Assembly: GCA_041752695.1 (NCBI GenBank) | Contig: JBGSVZ010000098.1 | Coordinates: 1-64,000, forward strand | Direction: 5' to 3' | From: Terrimicrobiaceae bacterium | GTDB taxonomy: Bacteria > Verrucomicrobiota > Verrucomicrobiia > Chthoniobacterales > Terrimicrobiaceae | Length of the DNA stretch: 64,000 nt | Shown here: positions 8,101 to 17,045 of the stretch, in pieces | How positions within the stretch are numbered: position 1 is the first letter of the stretch | How the letters are laid out: the number at the start of each line of letters is the position of its first letter | Program-made: the position numbers and the translations under genes | Notes under the pieces: generated by a model | What the model saw: the letters and a program-made list of their open reading frames with translations, nothing else | Databases searched by the model: none | What the model was told of the DNA's origin: nothing

Positions 8101-8646
8101 CATGCTGCCGGGGCGGTGGTGTTTTTCCTTGAACGTGGTGAGGAGGTTCCGGGCCGTTTCGACTTTCTCGGTGTCCTCTTTCTCGGCGGCGGCGTCTTGT
8201 TCGTGCCGGCTCCAGGCTTTGTTGCCGTCGTAGCCGCGGTTGTGGGCGTACCAGCGGAGGACGTCCCAGAGTTGCGGCCAGGTGAGTTTTTCCTGGCCGT
8301 CACTGGCGAGGACGCGGGCGGCGTGGAACCAGGGGCTGGAGGTGGAAACGTGGTCGAGTTGAGTGGGGGTGAGAACGCCGAGGTGGGCCAGCAGGCTCTT
8401 CATGCGGGCGATGCGCAGGCGGGTGGCTCGAATGTGGCGGCGCTGACGGCGAAATCCGCGGCGCTGGGAGGCGAGGCAGTCATCGGCTTGGAAGATAACT
8501 GCCCCGCAACCAAGGAGTTGCGGAAGGTCGGCGGCGGGGGTCTGCAGGACGGCCCAGCCGATTGAGCTGTGACCAACGTCGAAGGCGAGGTGAAGGTCGC
8601 GGGAATTTTTAGTTGCCTGCGGAGAGTTGAGGGTATATTTTTTCAT
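5197..8646 (-). CDS. cas9: Type II-C Cas9 (~1149 aa)
   Basis: RuvC-I LAFDVGHSSIGWAV, Arg-rich bridge helix, RuvC-II ITIEVNRD, HNH CPYTG..DLDHIIPRS..NKMKG, RuvC-III HLHHAVDA. No csn2 or cas4 in the locus. Confidence 0.98.
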   Translation of the reverse strand: MKKYTLNSPQATKNSRDLHLAFDVGHSSIGWAVLQTPAADLPQLLGCGAVIFQADDCLASQRRGFRRQRRHIRATRLRIARMKSLLAHLGVLTPTQLDHVSTSSPWFHAARVLASDGQEKLTWPQLWDVLRWYAHNRGYDGNKAWSRHEQDAAAEKEDTEKVETARNLLTTFKEKHHRPGSMAEVWCDLSGLDPLGPKSSTHLPDKKSRPKAQNAAFPREQVVREVKAILEAHIATLTSVDETCVSALLSDWTAIPCDQIRLPARYCGGLLFGQLVPRFDNRIVATCPISFERHYQRLLADTGDESAARRQAEKLSKVPSAHCPDFYRYRWAMQLANIQIVSASGLRRLTSAERHTLHQQIQTRGYFTKGELKKAVRALTGGASDNLDQMLLHPDAEKALILDPVQRLINSGDYSSVFATLPDNLLKRLRGQLRRGTRLSLTTIRGWLGGATAALDSALAVHLDTATTRRRKNTKPLSHDGLLATILQVEPASGRAPHTRALMAEVFDFVLSTDRHPAEEGGPLYRSEAIRSAQLQRAIDDQTNNHLVRHRLRILDRLHHDLIASYAAENRDRIGKITIEVNRDLRELSGKTTQEVAKDQNQRLYNFKSVVKKLEAAFEGKNIKIGPGLIRKARIAEDLGWTCPYTGKAYDAFDLHHRRVDLDHIIPRSLRPSDSLDSLAVTFSEVNKMKGKRTAVQFIEEFQSHPVPGLPQVHIKPLTQFAKDVDALESFKGHDDDKRRKKNRKRLLQLHDYVEKEFTPGDLTKTSQLVRLGAQILQKNYLSAAHPPVITSLPGAVTGSIRKSWRLLGCLSAANPAIAEETTKTEVRSITHLHHAVDASVLAFGSHFLPRDGGVWELLIKRKLAEGEQKQLLSLGTLFHRDASGRVNLADLPGTLKTQIRQCLTERRVVQHMPSDLSGLSSKETVWRVFDPTDNHPNSQRLARWLAQANITAPKPDAATALIICRKRRSASEEDGSTGGKTLRQTKTWQWVYDIKDKSALLGFAPEGDLANAKLKKIKAVKVLGDNFGLALDPEPTIIRPHKIWHQLKALREANSGKPVRIIRKGTLIQVPLDAPSKQYRGMWMIRGTTLNQRDGFLVDMSPPDKILYRKQPGCFQNVKLATLLKCKMEVLTIPLSGADTATKAKSPI

Positions 8647-8766
8647 TGGAATCAAGACAAAGTTAGATAGCGCAAACCGTTTCCCTATTCGCCACGCGGA
8701 TACACCGGTTCAAAAGCGTTCTCTATATCAGAAGACGGGGCGTTAAAAGCTCCGTCTTTTGTTTTT
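8645..8766 (+). ncRNA. tracrRNA (~120 nt)
   Basis: ATTGGAATCAAGACAAAGT (8645-8663) pairs with repeat nt 1-19 (one C-A mismatch, one G-U). TTGCCT..TATATT lies upstream (8613-8639). Ends in an intrinsic terminator. Confidence 0.9.
8732..8766 (+). terminator. Intrinsic terminator of the tracrRNA
   Basis: AAGACGGGGC-GTTAAAA-GCTCCGTCTT followed by TTGTTTTT. Confidence 0.85.
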
Positions 8767-9071
8767 CTGGTGGAGGCTTCCGGGGTGGAGATCGGGCGGT
8801 TAATGCCGACGAAAAGATGGCAGCATGGAATTTTCATATGGAAAATTTATATCCATGGGGTGGGACAATGGCAGTCCTCTCCCTTGGACGTTGTGAAGAA
8901 AATGCGGCATTAACGGCTGTGGAAGATTTTGCCGCGCCCACGACCCCGAAGAAAGGATTCCAATCTGAACATCTTGAGTCCGGTGATTTCTTTTGTGGGG
9001 GAACGGCGAGGAAATCACCCCGCAGGCTTGCCAAGGCCGAGGGCAGCGGCTTTGCTCTGGGGCGAAAAACT

Positions 9072-11054
9072 ATGAGCCTTGATATCTCCTCTCTCGAATT
9101 GGCGGCCCGTGACGCGCGGGGCCTTGCCATGGACGCCATCGCGAAATGCAAATCCGGCCACCTGGGCCTTCCTCTCGGCGCGACCGAGATTGGCGCGGTG
9201 CTATTCGGTCATGCCTTAACCCACAATCCCGACGAACCCAAGTGGCTGAATCGCGATCGGTTTATCCTTTCCGCCGGCCACGGCAGCATGTTCCTCTACA
9301 GCTGGCTGCACCTCTCGGGTTACGCACTCTCGATGGAGGAAGTGAGCAATTTTCGCGCTCTGCACAGCATCACTCCGGGCCATCCGGAATTCGGAGAAAC
9401 CCCGGGCGTCGAAGCCACCACCGGCCCGCTCGGTCAGGGGGTGTCGAATGGGGTCGGATACGCCGTTTCCGCCAAGATGTGCGAGGCAAAGTTCAATACG
9501 GCAGAACACCGGATTTTTGACCACCATGTGGTGGTCCTCGCCGGAGACGGATGTTTGCAGGAGGGGGTGGCGCAGGAAGCCTCGGCGCTGGCAGCTCATC
9601 TGGGCCTGGACAACCTGATTCTCTTTTACGATTCGAACAACGTCACACTCGACGCCATGGCGCCGATGACTCAAAGCGAAGACACCGGCGAGCGCTACAA
9701 AGCCTATGGCTGGGACGTCCAGGAGATCGACGGCAATAACTTGAACGAGGTCTTCGGCGCTTTTGAACAGGCCAAGGCTGCGACGAGTGGCAAACCCCAG
9801 TTCATCATCGCCAAAACCGTGATCGGCAAGGGTATTCCCGAAGTTTCCGGTACGAACAAAGCGCACGGTGAGGCTGGAGTGAAATTTATCCCCGAGGCCC
9901 GCAAAGCCCTCGGATTGCCGGAGGAACTTTTTTATGTCGCACCCGAGACGACGGCGTATTTCGCGAAACACAAGGCGAAGCTGAAGTCGGATTACGCGAT
10001 GTGGGAAAATTCCTTCCAGACCTGGCGGGCCGCCAACGGCGACCTTGCCGCGGAGCTCGACGCGGCCGTGGCCGGACATGTGCCGGATTTACTGGCGGTC
10101 ATTCCGGAATTTGATCCCTCCCTGATCATCGCGACCCGCAAGGCGGGCAGCGACGTCCTGCAGCCCATCGCGCAGGCCATGCCGCTGCTCATCTCGGGTA
10201 GCGCGGATCTGCATGGCTCCACCCTCAATTACATCAAGGATGGGGGAGATTTCACGCGCCAGAATCGCGAGGGACGCAATGTGCATTTCGGCATTCGCGA
10301 ACATGCGATGTGCGGGTTGATGAATGGCATTGCTTACGACGGAATCTTCCGTCCGAGCGGCGCCACCTTCCTGGTATTTAGCGACTACGGCCGGCCGTCC
10401 ATCCGCATCGCCGCCCTGGCGAAACTCCCGGTGGTTTACATTTTCACCCACGACTCCGTGGGCGTCGGCGAAGATGGTCCGACTCACGAACCCGTCGAAA
10501 CGGTGGCCGCCCTGCGCGCCATCCCGGGCCTCGATGTGATCCGTCCGGCGGATCCGGAGGAAACGGCCGGGGCATTTGCGGCAGCGTTCCAAAAAGTCAC
10601 CGGTCCAACCATGCTCGTGCTGTCGCGGCAGAATTTGCCCACCCAAACTTCTATCCCGGTGGCCACCCGCCGTGAAGGGGTGTTTAAAGGGGGATACATC
10701 GCGAAAAAAGAAACCGCCGCCCTCGACACGATCCTGATCGCTTCGGGCAGCGAACTTCAACACGCCATGAAGGCGGCCGAGGAACTCGGCGCCGGCACGC
10801 GGGTGGTCTCCCTCCCGTGCTTCGAACGTTTTGAAAGTCAGGATGCTGCCTACAAGGAAAGCGTCCTGCCGAAAGCTTGCCGCAAGCGTATCTCCATCGA
10901 AGCGGGCGTTTCCGATCCTTGGTTCCGCTACGTCGGACTTGATGGGAAGACGGTCGCGATTGACCGTTTCGGCCTGAGCGCTCCGGGCGGAAAAGTGATG
11001 GAGATTCTGGGCATGACCGCCGCCAACGTGGTGGAAACCGCAAAGTCCCTCTGA
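9072..11054 (+). CDS. tkt: Transketolase
   Basis: [39 protein letters not shown]; start placed at ATG 9072. Confidence 0.97.
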   Translation: MSLDISSLELAARDARGLAMDAIAKCKSGHLGLPLGATEIGAVLFGHALTHNPDEPKWLNRDRFILSAGHGSMFLYSWLHLSGYALSMEEVSNFRALHSITPGHPEFGETPGVEATTGPLGQGVSNGVGYAVSAKMCEAKFNTAEHRIFDHHVVVLAGDGCLQEGVAQEASALAAHLGLDNLILFYDSNNVTLDAMAPMTQSEDTGERYKAYGWDVQEIDGNNLNEVFGAFEQAKAATSGKPQFIIAKTVIGKGIPEVSGTNKAHGEAGVKFIPEARKALGLPEELFYVAPETTAYFAKHKAKLKSDYAMWENSFQTWRAANGDLAAELDAAVAGHVPDLLAVIPEFDPSLIIATRKAGSDVLQPIAQAMPLLISGSADLHGSTLNYIKDGGDFTRQNREGRNVHFGIREHAMCGLMNGIAYDGIFRPSGATFLVFSDYGRPSIRIAALAKLPVVYIFTHDSVGVGEDGPTHEPVETVAALRAIPGLDVIRPADPEETAGAFAAAFQKVTGPTMLVLSRQNLPTQTSIPVATRREGVFKGGYIAKKETAALDTILIASGSELQHAMKAAEELGAGTRVVSLPCFERFESQDAAYKESVLPKACRKRISIEAGVSDPWFRYVGLDGKTVAIDRFGLSAPGGKVMEILGMTAANVVETAKSL

Positions 11055-11063
11055 GATTTTTCG

Positions 11064-11091
11064 GGCGCGCATCCGGCAACGGATGCGCGCC
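11064..11091 (+). terminator. Hairpin after tkt, probable terminator
   Basis: GGCGCGCATCCG-GCAA-CGGATGCGCGCC with a T-run shortly after. Confidence 0.6.
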
Positions 11092-11149
11092 TTGGCAGTT
11101 TTTTTCACCCCCGTCTTGAATAAACGACCAATCTGGTCATATTACCGAG

Positions 11150-11881
11150 GTGTCATTGGAAAAATTTGATCCCGAGGTGATTCGGCGGAAGACGGAGGAG
11201 TTTGAGACGGCGGGTCTCGCCGAGATCCTGCGTTGGTGCTGGGAGACCTATGGGGAGAGGGCGGGGATTGGAACCAGTTTCCAGGGAGCGGGCCTGGTTG
11301 CGATGCACACGGCCTATCAGGCGGGGTATCGGTTTCCGGTTTTCACCATCGATACGGGTTTGTTGTTTCCCGAGACGATACAGCTGAAGGCGCAGATCGA
11401 GGCCAAGCTGGGAATTGTCATTGAGTCGCTCCTCCCGGAAGCCACGTTGGAACAACAGGAGGCGGAACTGGGACCGCGGCTCTGGAACCGTCAGCCGGAC
11501 CTTTGCTGCTCCTTGCGCAAGGTGATTCCGCTGCAGGCGAAACTCAGCCAGCTCGATGTCTGGATCACGGGGCTGCGGCGCACCCAGTCAGACGGGCGGT
11601 CGGCGACGCAAATTGTCGAGTTGTACAAGTTCGACGTGCTGCGGGACCGCTACATTTTGAAATTGAATCCCATGGCCAACTGGAGTCGCGATCAAGTCCA
11701 GGCGTATTTGCGTCAACACGAAATCCCGACCAACCCACTGCAGGATCAGGGCTATCGGTCGATTGGCTGCACGCCCTGCACGCGCCCCGTGGGGGAGGGG
11801 GATGATGAGCGTGCGGGACGATGGACCGGGTTCGACAAAAGCGAGTGCGGCATCCACACCTTCCTCGGCGCGAGCATCTGA
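11150..11881 (+). CDS. cysH: PAPS/APS reductase
   Basis: IDTGLLFPET, CCSLRKV, GYRSIGCTPCT, ECGIH. Confidence 0.93.
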   Translation: MSLEKFDPEVIRRKTEEFETAGLAEILRWCWETYGERAGIGTSFQGAGLVAMHTAYQAGYRFPVFTIDTGLLFPETIQLKAQIEAKLGIVIESLLPEATLEQQEAELGPRLWNRQPDLCCSLRKVIPLQAKLSQLDVWITGLRRTQSDGRSATQIVELYKFDVLRDRYILKLNPMANWSRDQVQAYLRQHEIPTNPLQDQGYRSIGCTPCTRPVGEGDDERAGRWTGFDKSECGIHTFLGASI

Positions 11882-11918
11882 CGGCGCGGGATCTGGCACA
11901 ATTTCCCTCCGGACACTG

Positions 11919-12458
11919 ATGGAACAAACGCGGGCCATCCTCTTGCGAAGTTTTAAGTGGTCGGAGACGAGTTTGATCGTGTCCTGGCTCTCGGAAAATC
12001 ATGGTTTGATCCGCACGACCGCGCGCGGGGCGCGCAAGCCGGGGAGTGCCTTTGCCGGCAAGCTGGATCTTTTTTTTCAGGCGGAGATTTCCTTCACCCT
12101 CAGCCGAAAGGGAGGAGATCTGCATGAATTGCGTGAGGTGGGGGTGGTGACGCCATTTGATGCCGGTCGGGCCGGCGGCGCCGGGTTTTATCTGGCGGCG
12201 TATTTTGCGGAACTATCGGGGCACTCTGCCCCGGCCATGCACCCCGCCACGGAGATCTACGACCTGTTGGTGCGGGGGTTGAATTTTGTCCAGACCAAGA
12301 CCGCCACCGAGGCCGCTCTGCATCATTTCGAGCGCGAACTGACCCGTATCCTGGGGGTGCATGATCCGCGCGGATTGGTGGGGGCGCAGGAAGGCCTCGC
12401 CTCTCTGGGCGGGGGAATCTTAAAATCCCGGGCAGCCGCTTTGCGTCTTCTTAAGTGA
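11919..12458 (+). CDS. recO: DNA repair protein RecO
   Basis: AILLRSFKWSETSLIVSWLSENHGLIRTTARGARK. Confidence 0.85.
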   Translation: MEQTRAILLRSFKWSETSLIVSWLSENHGLIRTTARGARKPGSAFAGKLDLFFQAEISFTLSRKGGDLHELREVGVVTPFDAGRAGGAGFYLAAYFAELSGHSAPAMHPATEIYDLLVRGLNFVQTKTATEAALHHFERELTRILGVHDPRGLVGAQEGLASLGGGILKSRAAALRLLK

Positions 12459-12540
12459 AACCGGTTGTGCGGGAGAAAGGGGGAAGTTCGCCAAGATTTG
12501 TCTCGCGAAAAGCGTAGGGGCCTAACTATAACTTAGGGAG

Positions 12541-13356
12541 ATGCAGACTACCGCCAACCTCTGGGAAGTCCTCTGCCGGGATCTCGAATCCCAACGGCAG
12601 AATGTCAAAGCGGAGGAATACCACCAAGTGGCGCAGAATTTTCTCGATTCGGCGCGGAAGGTATTGCGGCCGGACAGTCCCCGGTTATGCGATGCGGTGG
12701 AAATCGCCGGAGATATTTGTCAGGCGGCGGGGCGATACGACGATGCCGCAGCGAACTTCGAAGATGCTTTGGAAAAGTCGCTAAAATTTGGGACGCGTAC
12801 GGGCTCGGCCCGGCTGGCGGCGAAAGCGGCTCTCCTCTACGATCAGCGTGATGAGACGGCTCGCGCGGCGAAGGCTTACGAGCGTGCGCTGGCCTTGTAT
12901 GATGAAACCAATGACCGCTCGCAGCATGCGATGTTGCTCAACCAGTTGGGTTCCCTGCAGAAACGCAGCGGCGATCTGGCCGATGCGATGAAAACCTACG
13001 AGCGTGCAATGGAGGTTGCCAGCGTGGTGTATGGAGATCGCGACCCCGAGGTGGCGGCGGCGGCCAATAATCTTGGCGTGGCTTTCACTGAAGTGGGCGA
13101 TTTTGTGAAGGCGGAAAATCTCCACATGCAGGCGCTCTCCATCCGCGAGACGACCTACGGCCCGATGCATCCCGAAGTCGCGCAGTCCATGGCCAATCTC
13201 GCCGTGGTTTATCACGCTTCCGGGGATTCGCAAAAAGCCCATGGCTATTACACTGGGGCCCTCGATATTTTTAAACGGTTCCGACCGGACACCGACCCCG
13301 AGGTGCAGACGGTCAAAGCCAACCACGCGGCTCTCCTCGAGAAGCTCGGATATTGA
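12541..13356 (+). CDS. TPR-repeat protein
   Basis: Repeated HPEVAxxxNNLG/ANLAVVY units. Confidence 0.85.
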   Translation: MQTTANLWEVLCRDLESQRQNVKAEEYHQVAQNFLDSARKVLRPDSPRLCDAVEIAGDICQAAGRYDDAAANFEDALEKSLKFGTRTGSARLAAKAALLYDQRDETARAAKAYERALALYDETNDRSQHAMLLNQLGSLQKRSGDLADAMKTYERAMEVASVVYGDRDPEVAAAANNLGVAFTEVGDFVKAENLHMQALSIRETTYGPMHPEVAQSMANLAVVYHASGDSQKAHGYYTGALDIFKRFRPDTDPEVQTVKANHAALLEKLGY

Positions 13357-13871
13357 TGGAGGTCCTCCGAACGGCCGAGGAGGCCCGGGAGTTTCGTGAC
13401 CGGTTGGCGTCGGAAGGACGGCAGCTCGTTTTCACCAACGGGTGTTTTGACATCTTGCACCGCGGCCATGTCACCTATCTGGAATTTGCGCGTGCCCAAG
13501 GGGATGCACTGGTGATCGGATTGAACAGCGACGCGTCGGTCCGCCGGTCCAAGGGGCCTTCGCGTCCGGTCAACTGCGAGGGAGATCGGGCTTTTGTGCT
13601 GGGCGCGCTGCGGGCGGTCGATGCGGTGGTGCTTTTTGAAGAAGATGAACCTCGCGACCTCATCACAAAAATCCTCCCGCATGTTCTGGTCAAGGGAGCC
13701 GATTGGGCGCACTACGTGAGCGGCCGGGAAATCGTCGAGGCAAACGGAGGCCGGGTCGTTCTGGCCGAAATGGTCGAAGGGCGTTCGACGACCAATACGA
13801 TCGACCGCATTCTTCGCTCCAGCGCGGAGCCGGAAGAGAAGAAAATTTTTCCCGAAGATCACGAAGCTTAG
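13356..13871 (+). CDS. rfaE2: ADP-heptose synthase adenylyltransferase (RfaE2/HldE domain II)
   Basis: VFTNGCFDILHRGHVTYL, GLNSDASVR, LVKGADW. Confidence 0.9.
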   Translation: MEVLRTAEEAREFRDRLASEGRQLVFTNGCFDILHRGHVTYLEFARAQGDALVIGLNSDASVRRSKGPSRPVNCEGDRAFVLGALRAVDAVVLFEEDEPRDLITKILPHVLVKGADWAHYVSGREIVEANGGRVVLAEMVEGRSTTNTIDRILRSSAEPEEKKIFPEDHEA

Positions 13872-13993
13872 AAGTCGGCATGAATGCGGTTTGCGAACCG
13901 GGGGAAACTCCTCTTCGTTAACTTCGTTTCCTTCTGTTGGTAATTCTGCGAATCGGGATTGCCATTTGTCCGGCGGACGGTTCACATCGCGGC

Positions 13994-14404
13994 ATGGATC
14001 AAATCATCAAATTTATCAGCGAACGAATCGGCACTTCGGAGGAGGTTGTTCGCAATTCCCTCAAGGTCATTCTCCAATTTGCCCAGAAGCAGGTGGCGGG
14101 GACGGAGTACGAAAAATTCATCGACAAGATCCCCGGTGCGAGCGCGCTCCTGGCCGAGCCCGAGGTGGAGGGTGCTTCTAATTCGCTGGGCGGTCTGCTG
14201 GGTGGTCTGGGATCCATGCTCGGCGGCCAGACCGGGGAGGCCGCGAAGGCATTTGCCGGACTCCAGGCCGCGGGACTGCCGACCGCACAAATCGGTCCGT
14301 TTCTGCGGGCCTTTGTGGAAAAATCCAAGGAAGTGGCCGGTCCCGAAACGGTGGACGAATTTCTGAAAAAAGTCCCCGTCCTACAAGGATTCCTCAAATC
14401 CTGA
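13994..14404 (+). CDS. Hypothetical Gly-rich helical protein
   Basis: 136-aa ORF starting MDQIIKFISERIG. Confidence 0.7.
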   Translation: MDQIIKFISERIGTSEEVVRNSLKVILQFAQKQVAGTEYEKFIDKIPGASALLAEPEVEGASNSLGGLLGGLGSMLGGQTGEAAKAFAGLQAAGLPTAQIGPFLRAFVEKSKEVAGPETVDEFLKKVPVLQGFLKS

Positions 14405-14414
14405 ACCCTTTCGT

Positions 14415-14636
14415 GTGAAGACCCTCGCGATCTTGCTGCTGGTGCTGGGTGTTCTGGCGTTTGCTTTCCCCGTCATCAGCTTTGTCCGCAAGGAGAAAGT
14501 CCTGGAGGTCGGGCCGGTCGAGGTGGTGGCGAAAAAACACGAGACGATATCCTTTGCCCCCTTATTGGGAGTGACCTTTCTGGCAGTGGGCGGGGCCATT
14601 CTCGTCGCCGGGGCCATCACGGGGAAACGCCGGTGA
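14415..14636 (+). CDS. Small two-TM membrane protein
   Basis: 73 aa, two hydrophobic helices flanking EKVLEVGPVEV. Confidence 0.7.
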   Translation: MKTLAILLLVLGVLAFAFPVISFVRKEKVLEVGPVEVVAKKHETISFAPLLGVTFLAVGGAILVAGAITGKRR

Positions 14637-14713
14637 GTAGGGTCTAAGATTTCCGAGGTCGGCGCGGCCAAATTTTGTTGGACGGGCCCACGGTGAGTTG
14701 CTATGCGTCGGGA

Positions 14714-15499
14714 GTGTTGAGGAATTTTCAGGGTTTTTTTGGGGCTGTCATTTTTTTGGCCACGTTATGCAACCCGTTTCATAACTCTGAGGCAGCGGAT
14801 GAGCTCATCATCAATGGCGGTTTTGACCTGACAACGGTCGGCCCCAATCGGCAGGTTGTGGACAACGCGGATACGACCCGCTATACGGGATTGACGGGCT
14901 GGACGACCTCCACCAATACCAATGACCTTACCTTCGTTTTCACTGCGACGGCGGGAGATACGACGGGCGCGCAAGGGCGTTATTACACCCCGGCCAACCC
15001 ATTTCAGTTATGGGGATTAAACAACGGAGGAACTGGTGCGGTGGGACCCAGCCCCTTGGGTGGCAACTACCTCGCGTCTGATGGAGACTCGGGCTTCAAT
15101 GTTCCAATTTCGCAGACGGTGACCGGTCTGACGATTGGGCAGTCGTATGAACTGAATTTCTATTGGGCCGCCGCCCAGCAATTCACTTTCGACGGACCCA
15201 CCACCGAACGGTGGCAGGTCAGTCTTGGCGCAGAAACCCAGACCACTTCGACGTACTCCCTTCCCAATCACGGATTTTCGGGCTGGATGGAAACAACAAT
15301 GACATTTACCGCGACGAGCACTTCGTCGGTTCTCTCATTTCTAGCCGTTGGAACTCCCAATGGCCTGCCCCCATTTTGTCTGCTCGATGGGGTGTCTCTT
15401 ATGGCGGTTCCTGAGCCGACGGTTTCTCTGCTCGTCATTACGGCCTTGGTGGGCGGCGCAATGGTGCGTCGGCGTTGGAAAAATTCCCGCCGGAGCTAG
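14714..15499 (+). CDS. PEP-CTERM surface protein; start approximate
   Basis: Signal peptide, NGGF/T-rich beta domain, C-terminal VPEP + TM + RRRWK. Confidence 0.85.
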   Translation: MLRNFQGFFGAVIFLATLCNPFHNSEAADELIINGGFDLTTVGPNRQVVDNADTTRYTGLTGWTTSTNTNDLTFVFTATAGDTTGAQGRYYTPANPFQLWGLNNGGTGAVGPSPLGGNYLASDGDSGFNVPISQTVTGLTIGQSYELNFYWAAAQQFTFDGPTTERWQVSLGAETQTTSTYSLPNHGFSGWMETTMTFTATSTSSVLSFLAVGTPNGLPPFCLLDGVSLMAVPEPTVSLLVITALVGGAMVRRRWKNSRRS

Positions 15500-15516
15500 C
15501 GCCGGCATTTCCGGCG

Positions 15517-16353
15517 ATGCCCGACGTCCACCAAGCCACCTGGATCCCCGCAGGTTTTGTGGGGGATGTTCTTCGTCTCGCGGCGTGGCTGGTGCTTCTG
15601 ATGGCGATTTTTGTGCCTTTGGAACGGCTTTTCGGCCTCCACCCTTCCAAGATTTTACGCAAACAGGTGGGCGTGGATCTCGCCTGGTTTTTCATTAACA
15701 GTCTGCTGCCTGCGGTGTTGATTGCAATTCCTCTCTCCCTTCTCGCCCGGGCGTTGAGTGGTCTTGATCCGGGCGGTCTTTACTCCGCGGTAGCAGCGTT
15801 GCCCTTTGGGGTGAAACTCCTCGCGGCGTTTGTTATTAACGACGTTGGCACGTATTGGGGTCACCGTGCGACCCACGCCTTTCCGTTTCTCTGGAGGTTC
15901 CACGCGATTCATCACAGCGCGGAGCACCTGGACTGGTTGGTCAACACCCGCGCGCATCCCTTCGATCTCGTTTTCACCAGGCTGGCTGGTCTTTCAGGCG
16001 TCTATCTCCTGGGATTTGCGGGTATGACCGGAAACCGCCTCGACCCGGCGGTTGCCATCGTGACGGTCGCGGGGACCGTCTGGAGTTTTTTCATCCATGC
16101 CAATGTTCGGATCCGTTTAGGCCCGTTGGAGTGGCTGGTTTCGACGCCGGCCTTCCATCACTGGCATCACACCAACGACCATCATCGGGACCATAATTTC
16201 GCCGCCATCTTTCCCGCCATCGACTGGATCTTTGGCACCTCTTGGATTCCGAAACACTGGCCGCCGGTTTATGGCGTGGATCAGAAAGTTCCCTCGACGC
16301 TGACCGGGCAGATGCTCGACCCCCTGGCTCCCGCCCAGGACCCGCCCCGATAG
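15517..16353 (+). CDS. Sterol desaturase / fatty acid hydroxylase family
   Basis: His boxes HRATH, HAIHHS, FIHAN, HHWHH. Confidence 0.88.
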   Translation: MPDVHQATWIPAGFVGDVLRLAAWLVLLMAIFVPLERLFGLHPSKILRKQVGVDLAWFFINSLLPAVLIAIPLSLLARALSGLDPGGLYSAVAALPFGVKLLAAFVINDVGTYWGHRATHAFPFLWRFHAIHHSAEHLDWLVNTRAHPFDLVFTRLAGLSGVYLLGFAGMTGNRLDPAVAIVTVAGTVWSFFIHANVRIRLGPLEWLVSTPAFHHWHHTNDHHRDHNFAAIFPAIDWIFGTSWIPKHWPPVYGVDQKVPSTLTGQMLDPLAPAQDPPR

Positions 16354-16410
16354 CTTGCCTCCTTTTTCTCTTGAATCCACGGGCAGCTGCTTCGACTCTG
16401 CCGCGGGATT

Positions 16411-16977
16411 ATGGAGAGGACGTTCATGTTTCGGGGAATAGCGGGGATGGCAGGGCTCTTGCTTTTGCAAGGGTGTGCCGTTGAGAAGAAGGCGGTGCGC
16501 CCTCCCGCCCCGCGACTCTACCAGTGGAGTCCCGAAGGATTGTCGGGTCGCACGAGCCTGGTCATCGACCTGCGCCGCCAGGTCGTGGATGTTTCCATTG
16601 GCGGTCAGCCGGCCGGATGGGCGGTGGTCGCGACGGGCAAGGAGGGGCATGACACCCCCGCTGGAGAATTTAAGATCCTCGAGAAAGTGGTCGACAAACG
16701 TTCGACCCTCTACGGGTGGATTGTGGATGCGGACGGCAACGTGGTGATTGCGGATGCGGATACCCGAAAACACAATGCTCCTCCCGGTGGGGAATTTGTG
16801 AACGCCCCGATGCCCTACTGGATGCGCATGACCTGGAGCGGAATTGGCATGCACGCCGGACACATTCCCCGGCCGGGCGAACCGGCCTCGCATGGCTGCA
16901 TCCGGCTGCCCAAGGAATTTGCGCCGCTGCTTTTTGAGGTCGTAAAAATTGGCACGCCGGTCCGCGTGGTCCGATAG
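16411..16977 (+). CDS. L,D-transpeptidase (YkuD) lipoprotein
   Basis: Lipobox LQGC; GMHAG..ASHGCIRL. Confidence 0.9.
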   Translation: MERTFMFRGIAGMAGLLLLQGCAVEKKAVRPPAPRLYQWSPEGLSGRTSLVIDLRRQVVDVSIGGQPAGWAVVATGKEGHDTPAGEFKILEKVVDKRSTLYGWIVDADGNVVIADADTRKHNAPPGGEFVNAPMPYWMRMTWSGIGMHAGHIPRPGEPASHGCIRLPKEFAPLLFEVVKIGTPVRVVR

Positions 16978-17045
16978 GCGGCTGCTTTTCGTTCCGCCTT
17001 GTCAGTCGGCCATCGGCCACGTAAAAAGCGCAAACGTCATCGCGC

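Noticed and set aside
8817..9071. 85-aa N-terminal extension of transketolase
   Set aside because: Homology begins at MSLDISSLE (9072); the upstream part looks like intergenic or promoter sequence.
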